Below, piece by piece: positions 25,101 to 40,696 of a stretch of 64,000 nucleotides of DNA. Source of the stretch: the human T2T-CHM13v2.0 reference genome, Homo sapiens; assembly GCF_009914755.1 (NCBI RefSeq), contig NC_060934.1; one strand, given 5' to 3'. Position numbers and translations under genes: made by a program. Every line of letters starts with the position of its first letter. Position 1 is the first letter of the stretch. The notes below the pieces were generated by a model that was given only the letters and a program-made list of their open reading frames with translations, ran no database searches and had not been told where the DNA came from.

Positions 25101-27361
25101 GATCAGGGAGGGGCAGGAGGTTGTCTGTGAGGTCCACGCAGGGATCTAGGGTGGGAAGGAGGTGGCCATGGAGCCCACGGTGCCATGTTTAGAAATTTGG
25201 ATTCTCCCTTGTGGGCGGTAGAAGCTGTTTCAAGTTCTAAGAGGGTAATGTGGTGACTGCACCTCCTTAAGGAGCTTACAGGAAGGGGAGTTTCCCCAGG
25301 GCCTGGGCTGGCTCTCATTTATGCTTAGATCCTCAGGGCATGGCCGGATCCTTGATGCTGATCAGACTGAGGCAGGGAAGCCCAAGAGGCCATGCAGAGA
25401 GTGAGGAGGCATCCTGCCCTCATAGGGACGAGGAGGGGTTCTGAAAGCACAGGGCTCCCAAAGCCTCATCCTCAACAGGAGGGAAGAGAGGATGTCCCAA
25501 GGCTAGGCTGGCTTCCCAGAGTAGAAGGTCTGCTGTGGGAGACATCTCCTTCCCCAGGATTTGCAAAAAGTGAGAGAAAGGGGATGCATGGGGACTGGAG
25601 ACTCCTTTCAGGCAAGGGCATCTGTGGACACTCCTTGTGAACTTGGAGAATTCACCTGGGCAGAGCGAAGACCAGTGCAGTTAGCATCTGTGTACACAGC
25701 AGGCATTGAGAAGACCTAGGGGATGGTCTTAAAGATTTACTAACCACCCTGGGAAGGGGAGCTGTCCACATGCCCAAGGAAGGCAAAACGCAGGCGAGAG
25801 CTCCCACCATTATATCTGTGATCCAGGCAGCAGGATGGAGGAAGGTGGGAAGCAGGACAAAGAGCACATGCTAGTTATCTTTGAGGAGGTTCCCCGGAAG
25901 CTGTGGTGTAGTTTTTTGAGATCTTGCTCATAGAATTTAGACACCTGGTTACCCCTAGCTGTAAGGGAGGCTGGGAAGTATAGCTCTAGTTTGTTATCCA
26001 TGTACCAAGCTAAAAACCAGGGGTTCTACAAGCAAGGAAAGAAAGGACATGTGGTGTGCAACTAGGAGTCTCTACCATGTAATGAACCTTTCCCTGCAAA
26101 TGCCATGCACCCATCTTCCCACACACAGAGCACTCTCACCCCTGCCCTGGGTGCCTCATCCTGTCCCAGCATCCAGCCCCCAAGGTCAGGCTCTCCTGGT
26201 GATACGCAGCCCTCACCATTGGGTCTTGAAGTGACTCCTTGGAATTTTAAACCAAAATGTTAAACTTTGGGTGGACTTTTTAACTTTTGGTGAACTTTAA
26301 ACCAAGAGGCAGGCTGTGTACCCCCACACCCAGTACCGAGCAGTGGAGAGAACATCGTCAGCACAATAGACTCCTGTTTGGAAGAAATGGGAACACGCAG
26401 CGGGAGCAGGCCTGGCCCCCAACAGGTCCTGCCGGGTGGGCTTGGTGAACCTCCCTGTGCCCTGTGGAGGAAGCTGCCAGGGAGGGCAGCTTCTGGTGCT
26501 CTCTGGGAGGAACGCATGTGTCCTTGGTGAAATCACGTGCTCTGTGCCTGACTCCCGCTCCTGAAGAGCCGTCCTTGTCTGTACTCTTCCAGTGCCACCA
26601 GGGAGGGGGATTCCCTTTTGAGACCTGCTTACTCTAGAAGAATGTCTAGAGGAGCCTGGGAATTGGTAGAGGCTAACACAAAAGCCAGCTGTGGGCCAGG
26701 CTTGGAGCTCCTTTGGATCCATGAGTCCAAAACTGCCCCTACAAGCTCATCCAGATGTGGGTTCAAGGCAGCCTGGCCCTTCTGCCTGCAGCTCTGCCTC
26801 TGAACCAACAGCTTGGGGGCAGGGAGGTGACCAATACACTTCCTTCAGGTTTTAATGTGAAATTGCCTAATTTTGAAATTGCAACAACAATTTTGAAATT
26901 GCAGTTTAGATGTCTGAAAGTCATAGTTCAGCACAAACAAGCATGCCTACACACAGATGTGGCTCACAGGAGCCCCAGTGGAGGGTGCTGTTGGGTGGGG
27001 GATTAAGGGCCCTTCCACTGATGTGGGCTGACATGAGGGTCTAAGCATCCCGCTTCATCTTGGCATGCATGACCAATAGCCCACACATCTGGAGGAGAGC
27101 TGGTCACAGCTGGAGAGCAGGGCTCCTGCAGGGACCGTGCGAATGAGCTGGGATCCTGGGGTAGGACAGAGGCTCAGGACACTCTGGCTGACTTCACTGC
27201 CCACCCACAGTGGGGCAAGGTGGGGGGTCAGGGCTGGCTCAAGACCTGGGTCTTGTTGTGATCCCAGAAGACAGGGCTGCCCTGCCCTGTGTGGGGCTCT
27301 GAGGAGGGAAGACTGGCCTGGAGCGGGACAGGTGCTAGGGCTGTGCCTGCCTCCCCTGCAG

Positions 27362-27531
27362 ACTCCACCAACCGGGACTCGCTGGACATGATTGAGCGCT
27401 GCATCTGCCTTGTATGCCTGGACGCGCCAGGAGGCGTGGAGCTCAGCGACACCCACAGGGCACTCCAGCTCCTTCACGGCGGAGGCTACAGCAAGAACGG
27501 GGCCAATCGCTGGTACGACAAGTCCCTGCAG
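27362..27531 (+). CDS. CHAT: CHAT exon 8 ([10 protein letters not shown]...NRWYDKSLQ)
   Basis: cctgcag|AC acceptor, CAG|gtaagc donor; 170 nt; NRWYDK acyltransferase signature. Confidence 0.98.
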
Positions 27532-28597
27532 GTAAGCCGTCCAGGTGGCCCTGCAAGAGCACAGCCATGCCCCCAGCGAGAGAGTGAGTAGGCAAGCGGG
27601 CACAGCCTGGTGCCCAGGCCCGCACGTGCTTGTGTCTGGCAGGCGCACTCACTGGTTTCTGCTGCCTAAGAGGCTGGGTCTGAGGGGTCAGGAGAGCTGG
27701 AGGGGTCTGAGATGTGCTGTTGATGTCAATCTCTGGACCAGCCAGAACTCTTCTCAGGAGCCAGTGGCCGAACCCAACTCAAACTCCCTAACCTTCCTGC
27801 AGCCTGTGCCAGGAAGGTCTGGGCCAGACCTGGGGCCCATTTCCCATCACCCATCACACCTGTGAGGTGGGGGTGTGCCAGGAGTAGGAGAGTATAACAG
27901 CCCCACTGAACAAATCCTTAATGCATGCTGAAATAATAATTTCTGATGCCCAGAGCTGTCAGCTTTTTGGATGTCCACCCCCGTGGCCTGGCGATTTCAA
28001 CATACCTCCCTCAATCCCTGAGAAGTAGAACAGCCCAGCATCTCCATGGAAGAAAGACTGTAAGATGAGATAAAATAATTCATATATGTTCATTTACATG
28101 ACATCAGCCTAGAAGCAAGAAATTTACTTTGACCTAGAGAAAAATACCCATGCAGACGGGATGAAGTCAAGGTCAAACCATTCATTCCCATTCTGCCATC
28201 CTCCTTTTATTCCCCCAACATGCCAATCCTGAACCTAGTCTTGTTTATTTTAAAGTCACTACACTTTTATATGATATGCCATGTAGTATAAAACAGCAGG
28301 CAAAAACAAAACATCTCTCTACTTTGGGTTAGCAAAGCTCACATTGATAAGCATATCTAGACAACACCTCGTTTTCCTTTCTCTCTGTCCCTACATTCTG
28401 CAGGTTTTCCTTTTTATTGGTTTGCATATTGATTCTGTTATTTCTGATGCGCTCTCCAGCTGCTGGGCCAGCTGTTTTAGCCTCTACAGTGGTGCTAATG
28501 GCTTATCATCTTTCATGGAGCTGTGGGGGTGAACCGATATAATACATGCACAGAATCTGGAACTCAGCCTTGGTAGCAGTTTTCAAAAGACACCGCT

Positions 28598-28647
28598 TTC
28601 CTTCCTTCCTTCCTTCCTTCCTTCCTTCCTTCCTTCCTTCCTTCCTT
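28598..28647. repeat. (TTCC)n microsatellite
   Basis: About 12 perfect units. Confidence 0.95.
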
Positions 28648-29316
28648 TTAGTGACAGGCACAGATAAGTACTAATGTGGGGGGTGGGTGCAGCCCTCTCC
28701 ACCACCTCTCATGGGTTAGTCTATGCTGACCTCCAGGTTCTTTTCATCAGCAGGGCAGATTATCAGGCGAACCAGAGAAGCCAGCAGGGCTTCATGGACC
28801 TGAATTCAAGATGATGGAGAACTGGTCTCAGGATAGCAAGGCAGGGGACACTGGGGGCGGGAGGGGAGGGCCTGCAAAGGGTGAGTTTGGGGAGAAGCTC
28901 TGTGGGAAGTGAGTTTCTTTGTAGAATGTGAGTAAAGATCCAGCCTCTGGCACACAAGGCAAGAGATTGGGAGGAGACCCCGATGTGAGCTATGACAGGA
29001 AACAGGGCTGAAGGGCCTCACCCAGGCCCCAAGGGCAGCTGGGCAGACTCGTCCTGAGGATGAACTCCTCAGAAATCCCTGGACTGCTCAGTCCGGGAAC
29101 TTGGGGCTCCACCTTCACTGCCCACAGCTTTTACGGGAAAGAGGTCGTGAGTGCAGAGTAGTCTTGGATTCTCATATTCTCAGGCCACTGCAATCACATG
29201 CAGTGTTCTCTTCAGGAAATAATGTGCTCTGGTGTCCCTGGAGAAGAGGTGCCCTGAGAAGCCAGGGGCCTAACCTGGGGCCAAGGGGCTGCCTTGCAAT
29301 GCTGACTCTCCCATGA

Positions 29317-29445
<129 letters not shown>

Positions 29446-29560
29446 TGAGTCTGGATCCCAGGGCTGCCATGCTGGGCCCAAAAAAATGTGGGTGGTCGCT
29501 GGGGGCTGTGTCAGTCTGGAAAGCGTCTTAACAAAAGATGAATTTGAAAAAAATGTGTAC

Positions 29561-29563
<3 letters not shown>

Positions 29564-29593
<30 letters not shown>
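29564..29593. repeat. (CA)n microsatellite
   Basis: About 15 units, 120 nt downstream of exon 9. Confidence 0.95.
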
Positions 29594-29595
<2 letters not shown>

Positions 29596-30094
29596 TGAAT
29601 TTGAAACCCAGCTTTGTATGCGACATCATGTGCTTCACGGGCCATGGATAGGAGGCAGCAGATTTACGGCAGTCAGGGAGAAGCATGGCAAGGAATTCTC
29701 AGGAACCTCTGCCTTGAGAGAGGGGAAGCCTACATCGATACCTATTGCTTATCCTGAGTCAGGGCCAGGCCCACGGCTGCCCCAGCACAGGGGGAGTTCT
29801 CTGAGTCTCACTGCTTCCAAATCCCAAGGCTGGGTCCCTCCTTAGCTCCCCAGCAGGGTTCCTCTGTGCCCTAAACACATGGTATTCCTTCCTCTATTCC
29901 CAATTTTACCCATTCTCTCCTAGAATCTTCTCCCTGCATCCAAGTCTTCAATTTCTTCCATGAAACTCAGGGTTACTGAAACCTAAACCAAGCCTAGTAG
30001 GCACAAACCTTGTAGAAGAGAACAACACAGCTTGCTCTTAAATTTCTCTCCAAGTCTTCTGTAAGGGTGTAACATGGTCTAATAGGAAAACAAT

Positions 30095-30205
30095 GAAAAG
30101 AAATAATGGGTTTTGGAGTCAGGCGGAACTGGATGGAGCCCTGGCCCTGCCACTTAATGATTTTGGTGGCCTCTCTGAGCCTCAGTTTATTCATCTGCAC
30201 GGTGG
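30095..30205 (+). mobile_element. MIR SINE
   Basis: ggccctgccactta...ctctctgagcctcagtttattcatctg. Confidence 0.75.
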
Positions 30206-30265
30206 TTCAGGGGCAGCTCGTACCCCCTGAAACTCCATGGCCGCAAACACTGACAGCTAAGATGA

Positions 30266-30472
<207 letters not shown>

Positions 30473-31009
30473 TAAGGATAACCGAAGTCTCCTTTGAGGG
30501 GTCCCCTAGGGACCACCCCGCCCTTGCCTACTAGCTCCCAAGGCTCCCTGGAAGTTTCCAAAGACCCCAGCTCCTCTGCCTCTCCTTGGGCTCCACCTCG
30601 TCCCCATCCCTCATGTAGTCAAACTAAAGGAGAGATATAACTCTGGGGAAATAACCTTGCTGAAGTATCCATCATTTCCCTAAAATGCAAACGCAGGGCT
30701 ATTTTTTTTTTTTTTTCAGTTTCACCTGACTGAGCAGAGTCAAGGCCGGGAAGTCATCCCCTGCTTTAGGGGGGAGTAATAAACAACTGGTTTGAATAGG
30801 TCATTTGAATTCAAGCTATTTCCATTTGCTTGAATGTACAGTGCAACTTGACAAAGGGGCCTTTTTCCCCAAGGGGAGGGGGCCGTTCAGGCCCTAACGG
30901 GACCCAGGCAGGAGGGCCTGGGGCAGCAGCAAGCAGTGGTGGCAGCCACATCCTGGCAACCATGTCTGCACTGTAGCTGTTGATTCTCCCATTCAGTAAG
31001 CAAGCACGA

Positions 31010-31620
31010 ATGCATTCATTCACTGGTTTGCTCATTCATTCATCAAACATGTGCAGAGCTCTGGTGTGCACCCGGCCCGTGGTAAGGCTCTGAGAACACA
31101 GAAAGTTAAGTACCATGGGACCCGCACTCCATATTTGAGTGGAATAAGTAGACTCCCAGGCCAAAACGTGTGATACAGTAAGATTAATGCCAAAAGCAGA
31201 AACAGCCATGCTGACCTGAACCCACAAAAATATAGAAGCTGAACTCTGTCAGGACTGTGAGGGAGGGCCTTGTAGAGACGGGCCTTGAAGGATGGATAGG
31301 AGTTCATGGTGCAAGCAGATGGGGAAGAGGCAGAAAGGCAGCTTCTTCAAGCTTGTACAAGTTCATAATGATGAAGGCTGGTTTGGAGACCAGCAAGTGA
31401 GAGAATGGCCAGAGTGGGGCCACAAAAAGGAAGTTGGGCCACACTGTGATGAGTGTCACTGTCCTGTTATGGGCCTAGAGCCTGCCCTGCCACTGGAGGG
31501 TTCTGTGCAGGGGGTATGGGGACGCCCCTGAGGAGGCTGTGGGAAGGGCACATGTGAGCAGGACAGAGTGTGGCCAGGCTGGGAAGCTGAAGAGCGGGAA
31601 GGACCCATCCACTGGGAGCT
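31010..31620 (-). mobile_element. L2 fragment
   Basis: cattcattcatcaaacat tail followed by L2 antisense body. Confidence 0.6.
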
Positions 31621-32680
31621 GCTGGAGAGGGTGCCTGGCTTCAGTGGGCATGGAGGGGCCTCAGGTGTTCTATAAAGTGGTGCTCACATCTCAGCTTTGC
31701 AGGGTTGTTCAGGAGCTAAGTCAGGGGCCAAGGCAGTGAGCTGGTGGGCTGCTGAGTCCTCAGTGGGTAAAGGAGTCCACTCACTTCCAGGGACCTGAGC
31801 AGACCCCACATTCCCCAAGGCCCCCAGCTCCACCCTCCAGAGGCTGAGGAGAGCCAGGAAAGGCCCATGGATGGGGAAGCAGGAGGCTTCTTCCTGGGGG
31901 TCCTGAGGGGCCCATACAAGTGGGTGAGGCCCGAGTGGGCACAGCTTGGGGGAGAGATTTCCAGGTGGCTGTGGTGATAGTGAGCTCAGTCTGTCCCAGA
32001 CGTCTGTCAACAGGTAGGTCTGAGGGGCGAGTACTCATGGGAACTGGGTCTCCTCCAAGTCCCCCTGTGTTCCTAGCACCTGGCCCCACCGAGAGCTGAG
32101 CTGCTGTGAGCAGGAGGAATACTTCAAGGAGAGGCAGGCAGGGAGCATGGAGTCCCGACAGAAGGTGTGCGTGTGGGCTCGGGGTTCCCACTCAGGCTAT
32201 GCGCTCTCCAGTGGGGAGGCACATAGACCTTGCCAGACACTGCTCCAGTGGGCAGTCAGCCCAGACCCCAGACTCCTGATGGAGGAGGAGATTGTTCAAT
32301 ATGAGGGTCAGCCAGTGCTCCAGAGTCTCAGTGCAGACTTGGAAAATGTTCCTGTTACTCCGACAGTGAATTACAAAATCCCGGGCATGTCACCTGTGTC
32401 ACAGTTAATCCCTGACTCACTAACACAGCCAGGCCCACCTCCCCACCCACTCTCCAGAGCAGGGCCGACACCCCACTCAGCTGAGCTCACCTTGGGTCAT
32501 AGTAGTCCTGGCCTGGTTTGTCTTCTGACACTTTCATAGGTCAAGGCATGTCTCTGACACCTCAGTGCACTCCTGAAGGGCAGGGACTACGTCCGCACCT
32601 TCCAGAACGCTAGGACACAGACCAGGCTCTAGAAGCCCGGGGAAACCCCAGATGCATGCATACTGTTTTGCATGCAATAA

Positions 32681-32830
<150 letters not shown>

Positions 32831-33139
32831 TGAGTGAAGGTGGAGTGAGTCTGTACCCTGGAGGGCTGACGGACACAGTGCTGTAGGATCTAGGGTCTAG
32901 AAGCATCCTGGAGGGAGGGACAGCCTTCTGTGGGCCTGGAAGACTGGAGAGGGACTGAGGCTGCATGAAGGAGGAGCAGACTGAACTGGGTTACAAATCC
33001 AACCTCAGAACGAGAAGGATGTGCCATCAGGGAACTGCCTGGGTGATGGCACAGGGGCACGGAGCTCCAAAGGACTGGAGTGTAGAGCTGAGAAGAGCCA
33101 GGAGGGGATGAGGACCATGGTTGGGGTTGGGGGGCTGCT

Positions 33140-33985
33140 CTCCATCCCAACTTCCCCCACCTCACCCAAGCCCTATTGCTGCAACCTGTTCCTCCCCAGT
33201 CTTCCCAATCTTGCTAAGGAAATGGAACCAGCAGCTCCCCCAGCTGATCAAGACAAAGATTTTGGACTCATCCTTGATTCTGCCCTTTCTCGTATCCCCG
33301 CACACTGCCATATCCGTTCTCCTCCAAATGTCTCTCACCTGCCCTCCACCTCCACTGCCATTGGCCCCTCCCAGGCCACCATCAGCTCATGCTTAGCCAA
33401 CGGCAGCACTTCCCTAGGGTCACTGCTTCCAGTGTTGCCCCTGGTAATCCTGTCTTCATGAAGAGTGAACTTTGAAATATGCAAATCAGACTAGATTACT
33501 TTCCACATGAAACTTCCCAGTGCCTTCACACCAGGCTTAGAACAAAAGACAGGCTTAGAAGTGCCCCCTGTGGACTGGCCCCACCTGAGGCCCTCCCACA
33601 CCCCCAGCTCTCTCCTGCCTCCTGACCTTTGCCCTGGCTGTGCCTCTGCCACCCACGGAAGGTGTGCGTGTGGGCTCAGGGTCACCACCCTCCACACGCA
33701 CCAGCCCTTTCCAGCCCAGTTTCCATCCCTCGAAGCCTTTCCCCACCCCCTTATCTAAAGCAGCCCCCTGTGGCCCCCTTGCCACCCATTCTCTGTCATA
33801 CCACATTGAATTTTCTTTTTCTTTCAGGCAGTTGTTACTTCTGTGAATTATCTTGTTTGCAGGTTTGCTGGCTTTGTTTTCTAGACTATCCCCGCGACCC
33901 TGACATTCTGGGCATCTCGCATGCCTCTGAGTCCCTAGCACCCACACCATACCTGGCACAGAGTAGGTGCCAGAGACTGAATCAC
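33140..33985 (+). mobile_element. L2 fragment
   Basis: gactcatccttgattctgccctttct...cctggcacagagtaggtgc. Confidence 0.65.
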
Positions 33986-35880
33986 AGACGGGAGGTTTAG
34001 CCAGAAGTGGTCCGGCCAGGTCTGGGATTTAGACCTGGTGGCCCAGGTAGCTGTGTGTCGGGGAAGGGGTGAATAGTAGGGAAATCAGGAGTGAAGGCAG
34101 GGGAGAGGTCAATTAGCCTTACAGGAGGCGAAGAAACCAAAATGTGAAATAGATCTTCCTGGAGATGGGGCCAGCTCCTGACAGTTCCAGGGCTGCAGAA
34201 GCAGCGGCTCATCAACTGCCTGCTATGAACGGTAAAGCTCTGCCCTCCAACTGCTTTCAGTTTGCAACTTCCATGAAGGGCATAAAGTTACCCTGCAGTA
34301 AAGCTAGGGCAAGGCATTCTCACTAATGAACAGGCAGCACCCGTGTAGACACAGCAGCCCAGTGTCCCCTGCGGGGCTGTAATTCTCAAGGAAGTGAGTG
34401 CAGCCACTTTGAGTGTCTGTCCTGTCCGGACACCTTGGGGAAGGCCGATGTCATCCCACATGAGGACTGGGCTTGCTGCTGAGACTTGAAGAGGCAGAAA
34501 CCTCACCAGTACTGAGATGCTGCAGGACCTGCCTGGCATTTGGAATGGTGGTCAGTGCCTTCTGATACTCAGAGGGCATGGGGCCGAGATAGGCCGTGAG
34601 GTCAGCATCCTGCCAGAGCCTCGACTGGGGATGCCACTAAGACCAGCTGCTCGGGACCTCTCTACTATGAGCACTTCCAAGTTTCAGATCCAGAGCTGAG
34701 GGGGACAGTGCAGCCTGCACAATGCACCCCTCCTCCTCCTGCCTGTGGGCTGTGCTGTCACTGGACAAGGCCAGGAAAGGACATAGCCAGAGGCTCCTGG
34801 GTTCATCGAATGGCCAAAGAGGATCTGCTTCCCATGAGCAGCATTCTTCAGGCTCTAAGCTGTAATAATCACAATTGTTTTTATCTGCCCCCAGATTCAG
34901 CAGAAACCTAGAGGCTGCCTGAATTCGGGTTGGTCAATGACTGGCCAGTGATGGTGTTTGCCTCCAGGGACCATAGAGACAGGACAGGAGCTCCTTGCCA
35001 GAGTCTTGGGGAAATATGTCAGAGTGTACAGGAAGGTCATTCCCTTGCTCACCAAGCAAGACAGTGTCACACACCCTGCAGACTTGGACATGGCCTTCCC
35101 AAACCTCCAGCAGCCCAGCCAGTGAGGGAGAGACATCCTGAGAGGGCTGAGATGTGGGGCCACGACTTGCTGGGTGACACTGGGCTGTCACTGCTTCTCT
35201 CCAAGCTCTGTGTCTTTTTTCCTCCCCCACTCCCAACATCAAGGACTTTACCAAGTGGTGAGAAAGGGAGTGTGCCCACCAGGGGTGCAAGCCCAGGGAC
35301 GCTGGCCCAGTTACCATGCATAAGGACAGAGGAGTCCCCTGGCTGGTGGGGAAGCAGCCACTGCTGCTCAGGACACAGTCATCAGGGAAGAGAGGCACAG
35401 CCATGGTGCCCATGGGTCTGTCAGAAGCCCAGCTGCCCCTGGAAGGGAGGGCCTGGACAGCCGTTTACGCTTACCACCACTAAGGCTCCTCCCTGCCTCC
35501 CTCTGGAGGTCATGCTTGAATCAGTTTAAATAAAACAGGATTCCCTCATAGGTGGGAATGATTAATTACACAATTATTCCATTCTGTGCTGTTCATCAAA
35601 CACTCAGGTCTCACAGAAAACTCTAGGTTTCCCACCAGGTTGGGAATTTTTTTGAAGCGCTACCCGTCACTTCTTTATTTTATGTCAGTGCAGCATCCCC
35701 GGGTGTATATAAGCAAACGTGGCTCTCCATGTGGGAGACTCCCCAGCGTCATCTTTGGGAATTCCCTCTAGAATTCTATTAATATTAAAATGAAATATTC
35801 TGCCAAGTCAAGTCAGGGCTGTGAAAATAAAGCTTGCTGAGGCAATTTTTCTTTCCGCGTTTATGATTTCCCAAGAATAA

Positions 35881-36138
<258 letters not shown>

Positions 36139-36206
36139 TGACCACCAGATGCTTTGGCTCCAAGCAGCCTTTTAAACCCCGCGCTGCCTCTGTGTTCTGT
36201 TGACAG

Positions 36207-36269
36207 GCTTCTGAGAAGCTTCTGCTCCTGAAGGATGCCATCCGTGCCCAGACTGCATACACAGTCATG
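36207..36269 (+). CDS. CHAT: CHAT exon 13 (ASEKLLLLKDAIRAQTAYTVM)
   Basis: tgacag|GCT acceptor, ATG|gtgagt donor; 63 nt. Confidence 0.97.
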
Positions 36270-37908
36270 GTGAGTGACGTCGCACCACCTCACAACACTG
36301 CACTTGAGCTGTGCCTGGGGCCTGCCAGAATGGGCACCATGGCATAAGACCCTGTGTGAGGGCCCAGCCACCTGTTACTCGGGGACTTGGCAAGGCCACT
36401 TCACCACTCGGTCTCTTGTTTCTTCGTTTTAGAACCTAAGTAACATAGCATTCCTGTTTTTGACATGGATTTTATAAGAATACAAAAGTTACCACTTTTC
36501 AAACCCTTTGAAACAACCATACTGACAATAATAGCACCTAATATGTATAGCATCTTGCAGTTTATACAAGAGGAGTCAACTGTGAGGGGAAGGGGCTCAA
36601 GCCTGGCAAGCGATGGGGGTCACACACCTTCCCCAATCTCAGGCAAAACAGTATCTGTTCCCACCTAGGGCTGCTTTTGCCTCTCATTCTCTGTATATTC
36701 ATTTATACTACCTGTGAATAAAAAGTCTTTGCTGAAAATTAATAGGGAAATCAAACTTGCAAGGGAAATGTTTCTCTAGCTTAGAGAAATAATTCATTTT
36801 CTGGCACTGCAAAGCTAATGTTTGCAATAGCAAAATAGAGAATAAGCAGTGACTTGGGCGGCTCATCAATACCTGCATTGCAAGTCATTCTAATACAGTC
36901 TTTGAAGGATCATATAATCTATGAGAAGGAGCTGAACAAATTTCACTATAGATACTTGAAAACAGAAACAATGCATTTCTGGATTTTAGAACTAGCCAAC
37001 ATAGACTTCTCTCTAATTCAGTTGCTAGGTCCCTAATTCATCTAAATACTTCAGTGTTTGTTCTATTTGGGGAAAACATAGCACCCACTCATGTATTCAG
37101 TGGGTTTTTTTTTTTTTTTTTTGGTCTTCATGCTTTATGCCAGGCAAGGTGCTGGGTGCTAGGAAACAAAATATGAAGTCCATAAGCCCTGTCCTTAGGG
37201 AGGTTACCATGTAGTTGGGAGAAGAGGCCCTTCAACGTGAACACCAATCCCATGTGAAAAGAGCCCTCAGAAAGTAGCAGGGGACATGGAGGAGCCAGCT
37301 GTTTCCTCTGCTTGGGAAAGCCAGGAAGAATTCCCAGGGAAAGTGGTGCTTCCTGTGAGCCACAAAGGATGAAGAGAGGCTTGTCAGGCAGACACAGAAG
37401 GGAAAGATGGCTCAAGAAGGGCACCACGTGCAAAGACTGAGAGCCTTAAGAGAATAAAACCCATTCGAGGAAAAGCAGAGCACAGCTTGCAAAGGACAGT
37501 GGGGCAGGGGAGATGTTGGATTTCCCTGTTACAAAGTGTGTTATGGTGACTGGGTGGAAGAAGGACTGGTTGGAATTGGGGGTGGGAATGTTTGCTGAGA
37601 GGCAGAGTTGCTGGTTAAGAACCTTTCTAATATGGAGGAAGAGCTGGTGTTTGGACTGGAGTAGGACAAGGGCAGGGTGAAGGGGAAGTCGTAAACTCCT
37701 CCTCTTGGTGGAAGAAACTCTTCGCGCATGGTGGACTGCACACAGGGTTACTGTCACTCTCTCTGAAACCCTCCAAAAACAACAGCAAGGGATTTTTGAA
37801 AGCCGTAAATACACCAGGGCAAAGAGAACAGGAAAGGAGTGGCAGCAACATGTTAGAGCTGGAAAGTAGAACACATGGCGACTGACTCAGCAAACAGTGA
37901 GAGAAGCT

Positions 37909-38254
37909 TGGGAGACTGGGTAATTTATGAAGAACAGATAATTATTTTTTAAAGTTCTGGAGGTCGGACGTCCAAGATCAAGGTGCCAGAAGGTTCGGTG
38001 TCTGGCAAAGCCTGCTCTGTGCTTCCAAGATGGTGCCATGTTGCTGCATTCTCCTGAGGGGACAAGTGCTGTGTCCTCACATAGTGGAAGGTGGAAAGGC
38101 CGAGGGCTGAACACTGTGTACAGCCTCTTGTATAAGAGCCTTAAACCCGTTTATGACCTAATCACCTCCTGAAGGTCCCACCTTCTAATACTATCATACC
38201 ATTAAGTTTCAACACATGAAGTTTGGACAGGACCCAAACATCCAAACCATAGCA
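37909..38254 (-). mobile_element. MaLR LTR (MSTB/MSTC-like)
   Basis: agactgggtaatttatgaagaacaga...aacatccaaaccatagca. Confidence 0.8.
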
Positions 38255-38911
38255 GTTGATGATCTATATAAAAAGCAGTTAGACCCTCAGTTCCTCTCTA
38301 CCACCCCAGGCAGCCAGGCTACTAGCCCCCCTCCCCGGTGGTGGGCTAGAAGTTCATTCTCTGGAGAGGCTGAAGCAGAAGGACTCCAGACTTGAGGACA
38401 CTAGGCATGGCTGAGGGAGGGAATACTGTACGGAAATTAATTGGTTAATTAAAGTCTTACTACTTTCTTCTTACTTACTATTAAGCCCTTCAGCCACTCA
38501 GCTCCATACACACTGGGAACTAGCTCTGTAACCATCCCTCACCAAGCAGGAGATTAGAAGATTTCTCTGTGGTAAAATTGACCAAGCCAAGAGAGAACAC
38601 TCACAGAAACTGATGGTTGGGGCCCACAGTGAAAGAGCCTAGTCAGCAGATGAGGTAGTGGTTTGCCAAGAGGCAGAGCTGCTAGTTAAGAACCATTTTA
38701 ATATTGAAGAAGAGCTACTGTAAGGACAGTGAAGCCCCCAGGTTAACAAATACATTATCATACATAAATCTTCTAATCATATTTTCAGTGCTTTATTCTT
38801 AAATACAAATAGCCATAGATCCTCCGACATTGAGGAGACATAAAAGAGTAAAACCAACACCAACAAACATTTTTGCTAATTAAAAAAATCTTTTTAAAAA
38901 AACTTAAAATG

Positions 38912-39591
<680 letters not shown>

Positions 39592-40391
39592 TCATTGAGA
39601 TTCTTTGAAAAATAAAAGGAGTTATTACATCTATATATGATAGGAAACTAAAAACATTTTTCAGGAAATAAAAATAACTCTGGGGGAAAATATGGTAGAA
39701 AAAAATTCAGTGGAAGAATTAGAAGATAATCTGAGATAATATCCCCAAAATATCAACACAATAAAGAGATGAAATATAAGAGAGAAAAGAGGCTTAGTCC
39801 AGGAGAATAATATTCCAAATAACTTGCTTAATAGATGGAAAATACTCATAGCAAAGGAAATTTCACAACACTAAACATGAAGAGAAGATTCTAAAATCTA
39901 TCAGAGGATAAAAAAATCAAATACAAAGATCCATAAAAAAGATGTAATTAATTTCTGAACAGCATCATTGGAAGGTGGAAGATAAAAAGAGTAGTGTCTT
40001 CAAATTCTGAGAGAAAGTGACCTTCAACACACATTTCATACCCAGCTAAACTGTCATCAAGTTTGAAGATGCATCAAAGATATTTTTAGACAGAGAAAGT
40101 CTCAAACATTTTACTTATTAAGCACCATTTCTCATAAAGCTACTGGAGAATGTAGACTTCTAAAGTGAGAAAATAAAACATAAAAGAGGAAATCATAGGC
40201 TGAAAAAAACCAGAAGATTTAACACAAGAAAAAGATAGAGGGGTGCCCGCAGGATGACAGTAAAAGGAGATCACAAATCAACAGTTGTTGAGTACACCTA
40301 GAGAGCAATCAGTCCATAAAGAAGCAAGAAGTGAGAGGACAAATGAAATTCTTGCTGCATGTTTAGGAATCAGTTAGAAACAGATACATGG

Positions 40392-40696
40392 GGCCTGGCA
40401 CAGTGGCTCATGCCTGTAATCCTAGCACCTTGGGAGGCCGAGGTGGGTGGATCACCTGAGGTCAGGAATTCAAGACCAGCCTGGCCAACATGGCAAAACC
40501 CCATCTCTACTAAAAATACAAAAAATAGCCAGGTGTGGTGGCACATACCTGTAATCCCAGCTACTAAGGAGGCTGAGGCAGGAGAATCACTTGAACCCAG
40601 GGGGTGGAAGTTGCAGTCAGCCGAGATCACGCCACTTCACTCCAGCCTGGGTGAAAGAGCAAAACTCCATCTCAAAAGTAAATAAATAAATAAATA
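40392..40696 (+). mobile_element. Alu (AluSx-like)
   Basis: Full dimer; TSD aaacagatacatgg / aaatagatacatgg. Confidence 0.95.

Noticed and set aside
26251-26291. Small AT-rich inverted repeat
   Set aside because: 13-bp arms with a bulge; too short to separate from chance
26858-26903. TGAAATTGC x3 local repeat
   Set aside because: Short slippage duplication with no further support
34930-35529. 199-aa plus-strand ORF in intron 11
   Set aside because: Non-ATG start, GC-rich, no homology recognised, no convincing splice signals
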